Source: Takakia lepidozioides (lineage: Eukaryota; Plantae; Bryophyta). From it: a DNA stretch of 64,000 nucleotides. Both the position numbers and the translations under genes were made by a program. The DNA is taken from contig CM060731.1 in the NCBI GenBank assembly GCA_030704615.1, positions 68,510,001 to 68,574,000 on the forward strand, in the 5' to 3' direction. Shown here one piece after another: positions 52,325 to 64,000 of the stretch (position 1 is its first letter; each line of letters opens with the position of its first letter). Below the pieces are notes generated by a model. That model saw only the letters and a list, made by a program, of their open reading frames with translations. It was not told the DNA's origin and made no database searches.

Positions 52325-53081
52325 ACCCAGCGACACCGGCGCGACGGCCGGGGGCGACAAGCGACGCTCTTACGATTCCCAGCCGTCGCAACAGAACCAC
52401 GCCAACGTGGAGCTAGCGACACCGCGCAGGGGCTGCGACGTTGTTGCGACTCAAGGGAGTCGCACACGAACGTGCCCTCCCATGGAGCTAGCGACGGCCA
52501 CGGGGGCTGCGACGTCTGTGCGATTCCCGGGAGTCGCTAGAGAACCTCCCTACCCATGGGGGTCTAGCGACGCCCCCAGATGGCGGCGACGTCATGGCGA
52601 TTCCCGGGCGTCGCCAGTCGCCTAGGCAGAATAGACCCCATCTGCAATGTCCAGGCATCGCAGAGCGGGGGCTGTAATGTCCCAGGCTGCGACGTGCCGG
52701 CGATGCCAGCGCGTGGCTATTTCTAGGGATGGGCGACGTCCTTGCAACTGCCCCATGACGCAGGGGGAGGGATGGACCCCCCTCCCTGCCCTTTGTTGCG
52801 ACTCCCGAGAGTCACCATATTGCGACGCCCCGGAGGGGCGGCGTCTTTCCGCCGTCACTGGTCGTGGCTAGGTGGACCCGGGGGATTAGCGATTCCCCTA
52901 GGTCGCTAATCTGCGACGTTCTGGGAGCGATGTCGGACCGACGTGGTGGCGACTTCCCGACATCGCAATTTGTCCCCGGCGCGCCCCGGGCGCTGTAGTG
53001 TATTTCTGTCGCTAGGCGCGGCGTTTGGAGGTCGCTGAGGCATCACTAAACCCCCCCCCCAAAAAAAAAATCGTAGTAGTG
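52325..53081. mobile_element. CACTA right terminus with subterminal GCGAC/GTCGC repeats
   Basis: Ends ...AATCGTAGTAGTG at 53081 (reverse complement CACTACTACGATT). Dense GCGAC/GTCGC motifs, also seen at 43275-43415 and 48990-49020. Left TIR and TSD not found. Confidence 0.7.
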
Positions 53082-53767
53082 GGGGGCGAGGCAATGAATT
53101 TATCCAAGCTTTGCATGGACTGATCCTGAGGTAAGGGAGAATCTGACTAACTGAATGGCCTCATGCATGAAAAACATGCCACAATGATAATCACCCCACC
53201 ATAGCCATAAAGAAGTGCAGGGTGTGAAGGCTCGTTTTGAGCGCAGAGGCATATGCTCCCATCCTCACAAGGCACACGTTTAGATCAAGGGTGCAAAGTG
53301 GACAGAGCATGCATAGCAACAAGAGGGGAATCACGCGTAGAGGAATCGCTGACACACACTGACACAACAAGAGCTTCCCGACATATCCACTTTACACCTT
53401 CCAAATACACTTGTACACCAACAGCCCCGACTTACACTAACAACAAACTTGAACCCCATCTTCAATTTCATTTTGAACTATGAAAATTTTAGATTTGACT
53501 TACAGTTTAATGGGGAAGCAACAACCTGGGGTGGCCAAAATAAGTTTCCTCACATGGTACCCTTTTCCTACTTGTGTACTAAGCATGGATGTACTCGCCA
53601 GGTTTTAGCTTTTAAAGGGCTTATAGGAGAAATTTGAAGGATTGTGAGCTCCAGAAGTCTGCAGAGGTTTCGAAGAAGTTTTCTACGAGTGTGTAAAAGT
53701 TTTGTGGTGATCGATTTGAGACTTGAGAATCGCGTGGGTCTGTGATCTGTTAGCAATCCAGCCAGGT

Positions 53768-55410
53768 ATGGCGTGCAAAGTCCAGGGATTCACCGCAGTA
53801 CCAACTAGCGATGGCATGCCGACAGTTTTCCAAACAAGCTGTCAATCACATGGGAAGTTGAGTGCGGCACTCTCTGACCATGGGCTTGCGCTGGGAGTTG
53901 CTATATCAGCTCCAACAGATACCACCGTCACCGTTGGTGATCCGTCCCCGGCCAACCCTCGAAAAGAGATTCCAGTGATAGACTTTGTGGGACTAAAAAG
54001 GAACGAGCGATCCCGCATCATAGCTGAGGCGGGGCGTGCATGCCATGAGTGGGGAAGCTTTCAGTTGTTGAATCATGGGGTCTCGCTAAAACCACTGCTG
54101 GACCAGACTAAAGAATTTTTTCTTTGCCAATGGAAGAGAAACTTGTTTGTTCTCGACCCGTTAGCGGATATCTAACGACAGAAGGCTACCACCCAACATA
54201 CGGACCCGCTGACTTTGTCTTGCGAGAAAGCACCCTCTTGAATCTACTACCTGCTTCACGGCGAGACTACAAGTGGTGGCCTAAGCAACCAGCCTCATTC
54301 AGGTGCGTGATCGCGGTTGGGGGGCTGACAGGCCTATCTGAAGAATTTCTGGAATTACTTCACATGTACATTGGAGAGCCCCTTATTTTAGATGATTTAA
54401 GTTCCAAATCTGTAGAGCCCACCAAAGTGAGGTGGAGGCGGAAGAAACCCTGCAAAATGTAGAAATTATCCTCTTTATATATTGTCTCAAGGGGTGGTGG
54501 AGCCTTCTAGAAGGGGGCCCACCCCCTCATCCCCCTGTAGAACTAGAGCCCACCCTCCTACTTCTATGCTAGCCTCTACACGTGGCCTAACATTTCACCC
54601 ATGCAAAAAAAATGCCCTCCCTCCCATATATATTGTAATAAGACGGGAGTCTCAAACTTCTAAGTAGGAATTTTGAAGTATTTTAACCATATGAGCTACT
54701 AACACGTTGTTACTGTCTGTCGTGGTACTGTCACGAAATGGCAGTGAGACAGTTGATGCATATGCAATAGACCTAGAAATGCTAGAACCTAGAAATGGTC
54801 AACAGACCAAAGAAATGCTTTTGGCTCCGATCTCGGAGAGTTTGGGCTTTGCAACCACTGTCCTTGCAAGGGGCTATCGGTCATTCTACCCACTTGGACA
54901 TGCGCCAGATATACTACCATGGTCAACCTCAAGATCAGCAAAATGAACATGAATTTCAAGTGTTGCCGACACATACTGATGCTGGCCTCATGACAATTCT
55001 TTTGGCAGAAGAAGTAGAACATGAAGCTTTGCAAGTTCTGAATCCGGATGGTGAATGGGTGACTGTAAGGCCTCTGCCGGGAGCTCTTATTATTTTCCCT
55101 GGAGACCAACTACAGGTACAAGCTTGCACGCTTAGTGATTTTAGCAGTTGATTGTTCTGATCACCAACAAACAGACTTGTACCTAGTAATCGATCAACAT
55201 GTAACATTTGGCTTTGGTCTTCCCCTCCGTGTTGGTTCACGTCAAATTCTGTTGGATACAATTTCATAAGCTTGACGTTGAATGTGAATCCTATAGGTGC
55301 TCACTAATGGAAGAACCAAGGGCGTTGCGCGTCGCATGATAATGGGCCCTAACCCTCGCTTTTCCGCTGCCACCTTCTTTGAGCTTCCTCCACTACCATG
55401 CCTGAGTTAA
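53768..55410 (+). pseudogene. 2-oxoglutarate/Fe(II)-dependent dioxygenase (DOXC-type), disrupted
   Basis: IPVIDF..ACHEWGSFQLLNHGV..KEFF, frameshift, PMEEKL..WPKQPASFR|GT. Middle exon frameshifted, with LPTHTDAGLMTIL..ALQVLNPDGEWVTVRPLPGALII.PGDQLQ. Last exon VLTNGRTKGVARR..RFSAATF, with Arg where the distal His is expected. Confidence 0.85.
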
Positions 55411-56089
55411 TTGATGAAGACCATCCCTAACAATTCAAAAGCGACTCATTCAACGAACGAAGGACATTCCTGGCTAAGGGTGAATATATGGTGGGAAAAG
55501 ACTTCGGTAGAGTGGAGCCTATTTCTGTTTCGTAATAACTCACAGAGGACCGACTTACAACTGACTCACATATGTCATTGTGTGCGAGAGAGAGAGAGAG
55601 AGAGAGTGTGTGTGTGTGGAGATAACGCAGATCTAGCTGATCATTGGAGTCTGAGACACAGAAGTAGATTTAGACAGATCTAATGGTTTGCAACAGCAGG
55701 GCAACAGTTGAATGTAACCGACTAGAACTGCTATAACTATTCATATAATCCATAGCTCTAGCCCTTCACAGAGATCACTTCTACAACAATTGTGTATGTT
55801 CACCATATTAGATGAATCCCTAGACTAATGACTCATGAGTTTATCACATCATTCTAATACTCTCCCATGATCTATCCGATTCTTCTTGAAATCTTCTCAA
55901 GACTAAATAAGTCCTCCAAATGCTTCTCTCCAATACTCGCTCCCTCACAACTATTATTACCAACAAGCGGCAACTTGAATTTTCTCTCCCCTCAGCCTCC
56001 TAGGAACCCTGGGAATTCCTGGGACAATGGTTGGAGCCTCGTGCGAAGAGATATCAAGGGAAAGGTCTCTGGTTTAAATCTTTTGTGAG

Positions 56090-56475
56090 GTATCCAACTT
56101 TAAAGCATTTGTGGATAAAAGAGATGGGAATGCGAAAGTTTGTGCGGAGTGCCGAGATACTAGCGTTGTGAATGTCGCTTCTAGTATTGGCAGTGATGAC
56201 AGTTAATGGGCCCATGGACCATCATCTTTGGCGGATAGCTAGGATGAGCAGGGCATATTTTTGTCGTTTGTCAAGAATGGAGGAGCTCGGGTGTGGATCA
56301 TGGCAGTATGTGAATTCAATAAAATGTATGCTGAGGTTTGGGGATGGGGCATTTGGTGGTGGGGCGTTTACCGGTAGGCGGCTAGCAGAATATCCGGGCA
56401 TAGTTTAGCGGGGCATATGAGGGGCATGTGCAGGGAGAGTAGGGTTGGCAAGTGCATGGGAGAAGCCAAGGTGAG
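56090..56475 (-). mobile_element. Non-LTR retrotransposon restriction-like endonuclease fragment (Dualen/RandI-like)
   Basis: PWLLPCTC...CPDIL, frameshift, ..IHFIEFTYCHD...KRQKYALL..*W..LTVITA. This is the PD..E..KxxKY RLE signature. Confidence 0.55.
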
Positions 56476-56491
56476 ACAGTGTGATCTGTGG

Positions 56492-56750
56492 GTTTGAACC
56501 GAGCCTCCCTTCCACATTATAGTGCGCCTCCTCCAAGAAGTTACTCTACACTAACCAACAAACTTGAACCCCATCTTCAATTTCATTTTGAAGAATTTGA
56601 ACCGAGCCTCCCTTCCACATTATAGTGCGCATCCTCCGAGAAATTACTCTTCACTAACCAACAAACTTGAACGCCATCTTCAATTTCATTTTGAAGATTT
56701 TGAACCAAGCCTCCCTTCCACACATTACACTGCACCTCCCCCAAAAGTTA
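56492..56750. repeat. ~103-bp tandem repeat (about 2.5 units)
   Basis: TTTGAACC.AGCCTCCCTTCCACA at ~56493, ~56596 and ~56698. Part of the unit (AACAAACTTGAACCCCATCTTCAATTTCATTTTGAA) recurs at ~53440-53477. Confidence 0.85.
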
Positions 56751-56759
56751 TTCATAAAT

Positions 56760-56988
56760 GGAAATACCGGGTAGGGACCGCCCACAAATCAGGTCCCTTA
56801 ATTATAGTGAGAGGAGAAAATAAACTCTTTCATAGTAACCTTGCCATGAGGTGCTGATCACAAGGCTCAAGGAACACAGCCCAAAAGAAGGGGGAGATGA
56901 TTATACCACACCCGACAAGGTAGCAGGATTTTAACCCAGAATCACCTTGGGGGCACTCAGTGCTCTATCCAACTGAGCTACCAACTCG
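56760..56988 (-). mobile_element. tRNA-derived SINE (same family as 25120-25330)
   Basis: Minus strand has A-box TAGCTCAGTTGG and a degenerate B-box GGTTAAAATCC; body shared with the 25.2-kb copy. Confidence 0.65.
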
Positions 56989-57264
56989 TGGTGTATATAT
57001 ATAACTTGTCATACTGTTCTTCGAAGTTTGAACATTAGGAATTTGCAACTAACTCGCATGCAATCTGATAATACTTTTGCCAGCTTTGGGAAACGTCGGC
57101 TAATTATGCCCACCCCTTTAGAATGCAGTGCTACGATGTAGTCGGCTGTAAGGTGATGGCAGCTGTAACTATGAGGTGCAAGATTCGAGTCTTGATGGAT
57201 GTTTGTGTCATCCCAATTATTGCAGCTTGGGTCAGCCAGTTCTATGTCACCTTGGCATCTGGTG

Positions 57265-57715
57265 TAACTTCCTCCCAGTATATTTTAGGAGATACACTGA
57301 TTGGAGTGACACTACCTTCCGTGTCACCCCCTTTGAGGGTGTCACCTGGTGTCATCCTGGATGATGTCACCCCAACCTATGTCACCTATCAAGAGAGGGG
57401 GTGGGGAAGATTTCGCATGCCGACACTGGTGTACCATGTTGTCCGACATCACAGGTGTGCATTAAGTTCTTACATTATTCTTATTGTTCTCCGAAATAAA
57501 GCTAGGATTTACTTAATGCACACGCAAGATCTCAGAGCACAGTACGCAGGTTTCTGGCATGTCAAACCTTTTCCACCACCCTGTTGAGAAGGACATGATG
57601 GGCGTGACACACAAGGGGGTCAAATCATCCGGGGTGACACAGAAGGGGGTGACACCAGACAACGGAGTAACATGGAAGGGAGTGTCACTCCAGTTGGGAG
57701 TTAACTCCCAATTGG
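57265..57715. mobile_element. MITE-like element with inverted ends and GTGTCAC/GTGACAC subrepeats
   Basis: TGGAGTGACACTACCTTCC.TGTCACCCCC at ~57300 pairs with GGGGGTGACAC..GGAAGGGAGTGTCACTCCA at ~57645-57692. Confidence 0.55.
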
Positions 57716-58342
57716 TATCATGAATTTTGACTCAGTCGAAATCTGACTGAAGCATAAAATGTACGAGAGTTACCAATGTGCTTGCAAAGTATTCTGCAAT
57801 CCCTTCTTTGTATCATGTGTCTCTCATGAAGATATCTTCAAGTTCAGCGATCACTAGCTTCCTAGGATCTAGGCAATGTCCCCCAAGTTATGTGAAATTG
57901 GGATGTGTCTAAATTGAAGAATTAAGGCTTTCAATCTCTGATTGAGCGAGGTTCAGGATTCACGAGACAAAATCAACATACAACTAAATCTTCACTCGTG
58001 AGGTACAGCACCCAATTTTAAGTTTGCAGATTCAGGGTATTCAGGATTCTGCATACTGTTTGACTTCTTGCACATCCACTCCCAGATACAAAGAACAATA
58101 TTCTAGAGTGTCTATAGGTCTGTGTATATCAGAGAGAGGGGCATCTCATTCAGCTAGTAGGACAGCACTACAATAACTTCTGAAAGGGCAGTGCGTCATC
58201 TGCCTTTAATTTGTAATACATGAAGAACACTTCTTGGAAAAGCCAAATCTGGGTACATAAGATGCTGTGGTGCACAATTTAGAATGGGCAACATGAAAGA
58301 AAGCAAGAGAAGAGAGAGAGAGAGAGAGAGAGAGATATCGTT

Positions 58343-59302
58343 TCAAGTACCATCGTAGCCTTGAATGCCCAACATTGTATTTAGTTGCTTCAGCTGTTGC
58401 AGACCATCACTGATCAGGAATCGGATGGTCTGACGATTTTTCTCACCGCGATTCTTTTCCATCTCAGCACGAATTGCCTCCGCAAGTTCCCCTGATTTCA
58501 CAACGCAGCTGACCCATTACTAGATGCGACCTATTTCACACTGGGCATCAAGAACAAAACCCTATTAGAGGGAGACAGTGAAGGCCATCATTATCAACAA
58601 TGATTTGAAGCCAGACTTCTTTCTATTCAACACCCTCCTCAACATGTGTCGGAATTGTAAAGGCACGCCTAGAGAGTTTGATAAATCCCAGACGAAATGT
58701 GTTTACGTGATTACACTTATGGCCGAACATGCCAAGCATGGCTATGGTAGGGAGGCGCGACCAGATTATACGCGTAGGGCTGGACAAGATGACATTCCCT
58801 TGCACTCTCTATGCGTGTGCCACCCTGAAAGCCCTGCGAATGTGCGAAGAGGTCCATGCTAACATCATCTAAGCTGTAATTGCGCCAGATATTTGTCTCC
58901 AGCTAATCTCTCTCTCTCTCTCTCTCTCAAATTGAAGCTTAATGACAAAACACTGCCAGCGATGACAGAAATCCAGAATTTCGAGCTGGAATTTTCATAC
59001 CTCATGGGCTTGAAGCTTAATGACAAAACATGCCAGCGATGACAGAAATCCAGAATTCGAGCTGGATTTTCATACCTCATGGGCTTCCCAACATAATATG
59101 CGTGGAAATGGCACAACTCTCTCTTGTTTATACTGACAACTCCCACACGTGAAAAACACAACAGAATGAAAGAAGGTAAGGGAAAACCGCGGGAGGATGG
59201 TGGGGCTCGTCGAGCAGAGCGCAACGCCGAGCGAAACAAGCGCAGCGCATGTCCCCGCAACAAAAACCCTCGAAAGTCCAGAACCCCTCCCTCCACCGCC
59301 AT
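58343..59302 (-). CDS. LYR-motif (Complex1_LYR, LYRM2-like) small mitochondrial protein, 2 exons
   Basis: Exon 1 (59302-59188) MAVEGGVLDFRGFLLRGHALRLFRSALRSARRAPPSSR-G|GT. Exon 2 (58491-58343) GELAEAIRAEMEKNRGEKNRQTIRFLISDGLQQLKQLNTMLGIQGYDGT*. Phase-1 intron joins them in frame. Confidence 0.88.
58578..58760 (+). pseudogene. Degenerate PLS-PPR fragment, antisense within the LYR intron
   Basis: IINNDLKPDFFLFNTLLNMCRNC...REFDK...V.TLMAEHAKHGYGREA resembles an L/S/P PPR junction. Confidence 0.55.
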
Positions 59303-59364
59303 CTCCCCTTCGTCTTCGTCTTCCTCTTCTCTCTCCTCTTCGTCTCTCCCTCGCAAACAACTTC

Positions 59365-59413
59365 GTGGGGCCGCGGCGCCGGTGGGCGCGGGTTCGAATC
59401 CCGGAGGCCCCAC
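59365..59413 (+). other. Compact tRNA-like fold with a perfect B-box and no anticodon arm
   Basis: GTGGGGCC/GGCCCCAC closing stem, GCGCC..GGCGC hairpin and a (C)GGG-TTCGAAT-CCC(G) T-arm. Confidence 0.5.
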
Positions 59414-60243
59414 TTTCGCTTTAGGTACGAAAATATATTCGTTGCTAACGGCACCGCTTGTACCTACATATTCAACGCTCCGCCTTGTCGGGCTCGACAC
59501 TGACATCGGGGCCCACACGTGTGCGACTTCGTAATATATATATATATAATCGATATTTTAGTATACGCTGTTCTGTGGTGGAGATGATTGGTGTGGAGAT
59601 CGAATCCTCCATGCAAACGTGGAGAATAAAATATTTCTGTCTCTTTACTACCTTCAGGAAGGTAATTTAGTTAACTTCATTCCGAAAACATCGGAAGGGG
59701 CAAGTGGCTTGAGCCCCACAGTGAGCGTTGTCAACTGGCTATTGAACTTGCCGATGTGGCTACAGATTATTCCCGGCGGAGGGCTCAGAGAGTAAGTCAC
59801 CGCCAGGTGGCGAGCCTGTAGGCTGGCTCTGCCGCTCTGCGTCTCGCAAGCGCCTGATGGATCGGAGGGAAGATCGTTGTGAGCGGACTGCGAGTACTTA
59901 CGTGGGAGTCATTGTGAAATTTCTCCCGTGGTGTTGATCGATAAGAAATTCTTGTTTATGTATGCTCCCTCAAGACTACAGTCTGTATCTTATATCGTAA
60001 AGAAGTGGTGAGGCTGGAGTGTCTTTCTTTTGTTTTTAATACATTTCAAACGTGTTGTGTCCAACGTACTCGGAAGTTCTAATTCGAAAAGGATATCGGC
60101 CAGGAACCTTAGAATCCCGCTTTGGGGCAGGGAAGCCCGATTATCGAGACGTTGTGAACAGACTTAATTTGGGTTTGAGTGAGAAGCTGTCGCTGTGCGT
60201 ACTGAGGAAGAATTTTGCTCGAATTTTGTGTCAGTCTGGAGGC

Positions 60244-62588
60244 ATGGAGTGGAGACCGGAGTATCTGGATGCGGTGCTGGTGCCACTGGGGGTGATAATG
60301 TTGCTGACTTACCAGGCAACTCTGTATGCGAAAGTGAAATCCAATCCGTTGGAGACTGTGATAGGGCTCAATCATGTCGGGCGACGCCAATGGGTTCACA
60401 GTATAATGAAGGTACTACTAAGTACAGGTATCTGATTTCTTCCCAAGGATATGTTTCCTTTCAGGAATGCTTAAGAGTTGTAACTTCGTAAGTACCAAGG
60501 GATTCTGCCTTGAGCCTCCCAGCTCGTTGGCATCGCACAATGATATGCAAACTCTGGAACTTGTAAACCTGTTTTGTCGAAACCTCGAGTATCGGATCGA
60601 TTAGATGAATATCTGTGCCGGAACCTCTTATTTTATGAACCTCTGGGTACAAATGAGATCGAGCTAGCCCGGCTTTTAAACAAGTATAAACTACCACAAT
60701 TGACAGGCAGAACCAAGGGGCAGTCTAAGCGAAGGAATCTTATTCTAGAGCTCCGTTGGATCATCAAGATCAATGAATTTAAGTTACAAGGTTTTAAGCA
60801 TACCAAGAAGAACGCTGTGTGGTCCGACTTATTCGAAGCCAGAGTTTGGATTAGCGCCAAAGCTCTCGAGATCATTTGGTTGTTAATATACTGGCATTTT
60901 TGTAAGTTGGGAATTCTGCCGGGCTCTTCTGCCCATAGTATCTCGATCGTTGTGATAGAACAGGAAGAAACAACTATTTGCTGACCAGTACTACATTTCT
61001 GTAAACAATGAATCGACAGTTTAAAGATCATAAGGGGAAGCGACGCTGGCTTGGGGCGGAGTCTTCTGGGTATAGATCATCTATCTAGATATAAACATGC
61101 GCTGGCGAGCAGTTCTCCAATTCTCCAAAACCTACAGCTATCTATCGTCCAAATCTGTACTCCTTCCGGAGTACAATTTGTTTGATAAGATCTCCTTGTG
61201 CCAACCGTCAAATTCAAAGGGTTTGGCAGGCAGATTTTGACCGACGAAACTCATGCATGCATGAGCAACCTATGAGCAACAGCATATTATAACAATACCG
61301 AGGTCAGGGCTGACTATAATTTCGGCTGCTCAAGACAGATAACAATTTACGATAACGTCGAATGATGGACGACCATCTTCTGGTGTGGTCACGTACATTT
61401 TCAAGTAGAAATTCATGTTGGGCCAGCTGTGCCTAACTTAGGGCATCGGGCTGCTCGCCATCCAGTATCCAACATTTAACTAGGTAAAGAATGTGAAATG
61501 TGTTAGTAGATTCAACGTATGAAGCAATCACACTTGAGAGACTTGAAGTCACATGATGATTCCCAAGGCATGACCTTACCTGGTGAAGATAAGATCATTT
61601 AGCTGCCAACGTTTTTCTTATATGACTTGGTAATCATCTGACTTCCTTCAGTGAAATCCAACGATCCAATTGATCTCAAAATTCTAGGCTTCTACATTGT
61701 ATCATATGCAGTAGAAATTAGCTCGTGTATCTGAAGACCGAGCTTAGATGCCTAGCACTGACAGAAAGACTACTCCAGACTTCGCAACAGTAGGCAAGGA
61801 GGTAAACTGGAGGGACACTTGAGATAAGTAATGGTTTAGATGATATGAGGCAGGCTTACTATTCTGTCGACAGTCAAAACAGCTGCGACCTCATGGATGT
61901 AAGTTAGATGTAGTAGAATACAAGTCCTGAACTCAGGTAGATTCAATCTTGTTTTGTTTCCTGTCTCTCATTCATGGCTCAAGTAGATGTGTGTTCCTCA
62001 CAGGACAACGAAAAGAAGAACATCTTGGCTGTCCAGACATTGCGAAACACCATAATGGGCTCCACGCTGATGGCCTCTACGGCTATCCTGCTTAGCTCTG
62101 CCCTTGCTGCCTTCATTACCAGCACCTACTTCAACAACAAGAAGCCCTTCTTGAGTGGAGAAAGCGAGAACTTAGTATCAGTGAAGTACATGTCCCTGCT
62201 TCTCTGCTTTCTCTTCTCCTTTGGCTGCTATATGCAGTCAGTGCGCTATGTCAACCACGTCAATTTCCTCATCAACATCCCTCTGAAGGATGCAATGACA
62301 GCAAGAATATCGCCTGATTACGTTGCCAATGTGCTGGCGAAGGGTTGTAACTTCTTTAGCATTGGGACTCGCGGATTCTATCTTTCTCTGCCCTTGCTGC
62401 TATGGTTGTTCGGCCCAGTCCCAGTGGTTGTGTGCTCCGCTGCTCTGGTGCCTGCTATGTACTATCTCGACACCGTGGAACACGATGATCAATTGAGCTT
62501 GGACTGCGAGGGAAAGATCTCTGCAGCCAATTCTTCTCTTGAGCTGATCAGCTACCAGGAACGATCTGCGGCCGGTTACAATCTGTAA
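60244..62588 (+). CDS. DUF599-family membrane protein, 2 exons
   Basis: Exon 1 (60244-60411) MEWRPEYLDAVLVPLG..PLETVIGLN..RRQWVHSIMK|GT. Exon 2 (62004-62588) DNEKKNILAVQTLRNTIMGSTLMASTAILL..KYMSLLLCFLFSF..QSVRYVNHVNFLINIP..GTRGFYLSLPLLLWLFGP. Confidence 0.92.
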
Positions 62589-64000
62589 ACTGCTCCAAGA
62601 AAGTAGCGACCCTTTATTGGTGGCTAGGTAAAGTTAATACAGAACTTTGCCAGATCCAAATAGTATATACTGGAGACGTGCCAGGTTAGTAGTGGCTTCC
62701 TGAATTACCAAAATTGCAATAAGCCTCAGGGCCGATCCGATGCTTCAGACATGATTTTCTGAACGAAGGAACTCTTGTCGCGCTAGTTCATCACCTCGAT
62801 GAACTGATGAGAGCCGTGTCGATTGGAGCACGGAAGATAATGCATTCCTAGGTGAACTGCATGCATACGATCTCGAGAGGATGATATATGCAGAGCAGAT
62901 CAGATCTATGTATACTTATATACTTGTATATGAGACAAACTCCTCCCGGGGTGTTTGTTTGTCTCTGGCTCTGTAAGCTTGTTCAACAGCATGTTTGAGA
63001 AAAAAAAATTGAGACAAAAGTGATTATGTACGTGGTACGAAACGATCTTGATATGTCAGTTGGTGGGAGTACCTGTTGGATCTTGACGATAATTGACAAC
63101 CGAAAGGATACTTTAGGACTTGTATACCTAGTAGACAACTGTGACGCAAAATCTCTTTGCAGTGTCATATACACGGGCATATTGCCTCTTGCTACTCTTT
63201 CTTCTCGCTTTCCAACTTGCCAAGCTCGTGGATAGGGACTTCTTCTGGGTTTTTCACATCACATCGGGCAGGGGGTTCCTAAAACACTGATCTCGAAAAG
63301 CCCAACTCGGAAGCAGTCTCTTAAGCACTTTTTGGACTGTAAATTCCCTCCAGATTCCACAACGTACACGTATGGCTGACATCGTGGCCACTCCTCCAGT
63401 ACTAGTGAAGATCGTCCGGTCGTCTCTGCCACAATTGCGGCTTCTGTCAAATCCAGCTGCAGTCGAAAAGCCATCTCTGCACTCGTCACTGTCCCACACA
63501 ATCATATGGGTTGGACCTGTGGGGACGTGACACCTGTCCCATCGTACACCTACTTCTAGAACCTCATCACGGCAACACGTGGCTCCATAAATGGACACAC
63601 CCGGCCTGACACAGCCGTGCCGGTGAAGCACTTCGTCAACTCACTATCGTCGCTCTGTTTTGTTTGTCGGACTCGGTGCGCAGCGGCGTCGCATGCTCAC
63701 AGGATTCCGCGGTCGATCCAGGCATGTACATAGTTGTGAGCTTTGAGGATCCGAGGGAGTTGCGTTGCGTTCATAAATGCTGGCATCTGTGCGTGTGGAA
63801 GGAATCTGTTGTCTCTTTACGAGGTTGTGGACTACCTTGCTGCGTTTCTGAAGTATCCGTTAGTTGATATTGGTAGGGGATTAGATTTCCTGGACTGCAG
63901 ATTTCCTGCTCAAGGTAGATTTGATTTTCAGGGAAAGTAGTACTGGATTCGGTTGTAGGGATGGAGCAGCTAATATCTTCCAAGAACATCAGAGCATGAT

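Noticed and set aside
58932-59085. Intronic snoRNA pair in the LYR intron
   Set aside because: A simple ~78-bp tandem duplication with no convincing C/D or H/ACA boxes.
59690-59915. Structured ncRNA (RNase MRP, SRP, U3, telomerase RNA)
   Set aside because: None of the conserved boxes or a telomere template could be found. More likely the DUF599 5' leader or promoter.
62783-62845. Hammerhead ribozyme (hairpin plus CTGATGA)
   Set aside because: No GAAA directly after stem II and no stem III. The CTGATGA at ~24921 fails the same way.
63254-64000. Possible coding exon or TE at the right edge
   Set aside because: Only short ORFs with no recognisable motif; cannot be assigned without flanking sequence.

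Overview
Eukaryotic nuclear DNA from a land plant, probably a non-seed plant (inferred from spliceosomal introns, PLS/DYW-PPR remnants and RTE-X-like LINEs). Four host genes can be read across exons: a PAP/OAS1-type nucleotidyltransferase (minus, ~15.0-23.6 kb, frameshifted near the 3' end), a VARICOSE/EDC4 decapping scaffold (minus, 27.1-37.9 kb), a small LYR-motif protein (minus, 58.3-59.3 kb) and a DUF599 protein (plus, 60.2-62.6 kb). There is also a degenerate 2OG-Fe(II) dioxygenase and a DYW-PPR remnant. The first 7.3 kb is the most unusual part. It is a mosaic of intron-flanked fragments of unrelated genes (HCF101, GH79, GH27, DUF2921; all minus). Inserted into it is a 4.66-kb CACTA element with intact TIRs and a 3-bp TSD but no recognisable transposase. 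Its cargo is plus-strand fragments of three more genes: tandem OSB-type PDF-motif modules, two SKIP31-like F-box exons and a PLS-PPR motif. Other repeats include (GA)n-associated RTE-X-like LINEs stacked head-to-tail, a tRNA-derived SINE family, a Dualen/RandI-like endonuclease fragment, a second complex CACTA region (43-53 kb), two TGACGT-rich tandem arrays, and an anticodon-less tRNA-like fold between LYR and DUF599. All family calls come from motifs recognised by eye; no searches were run.
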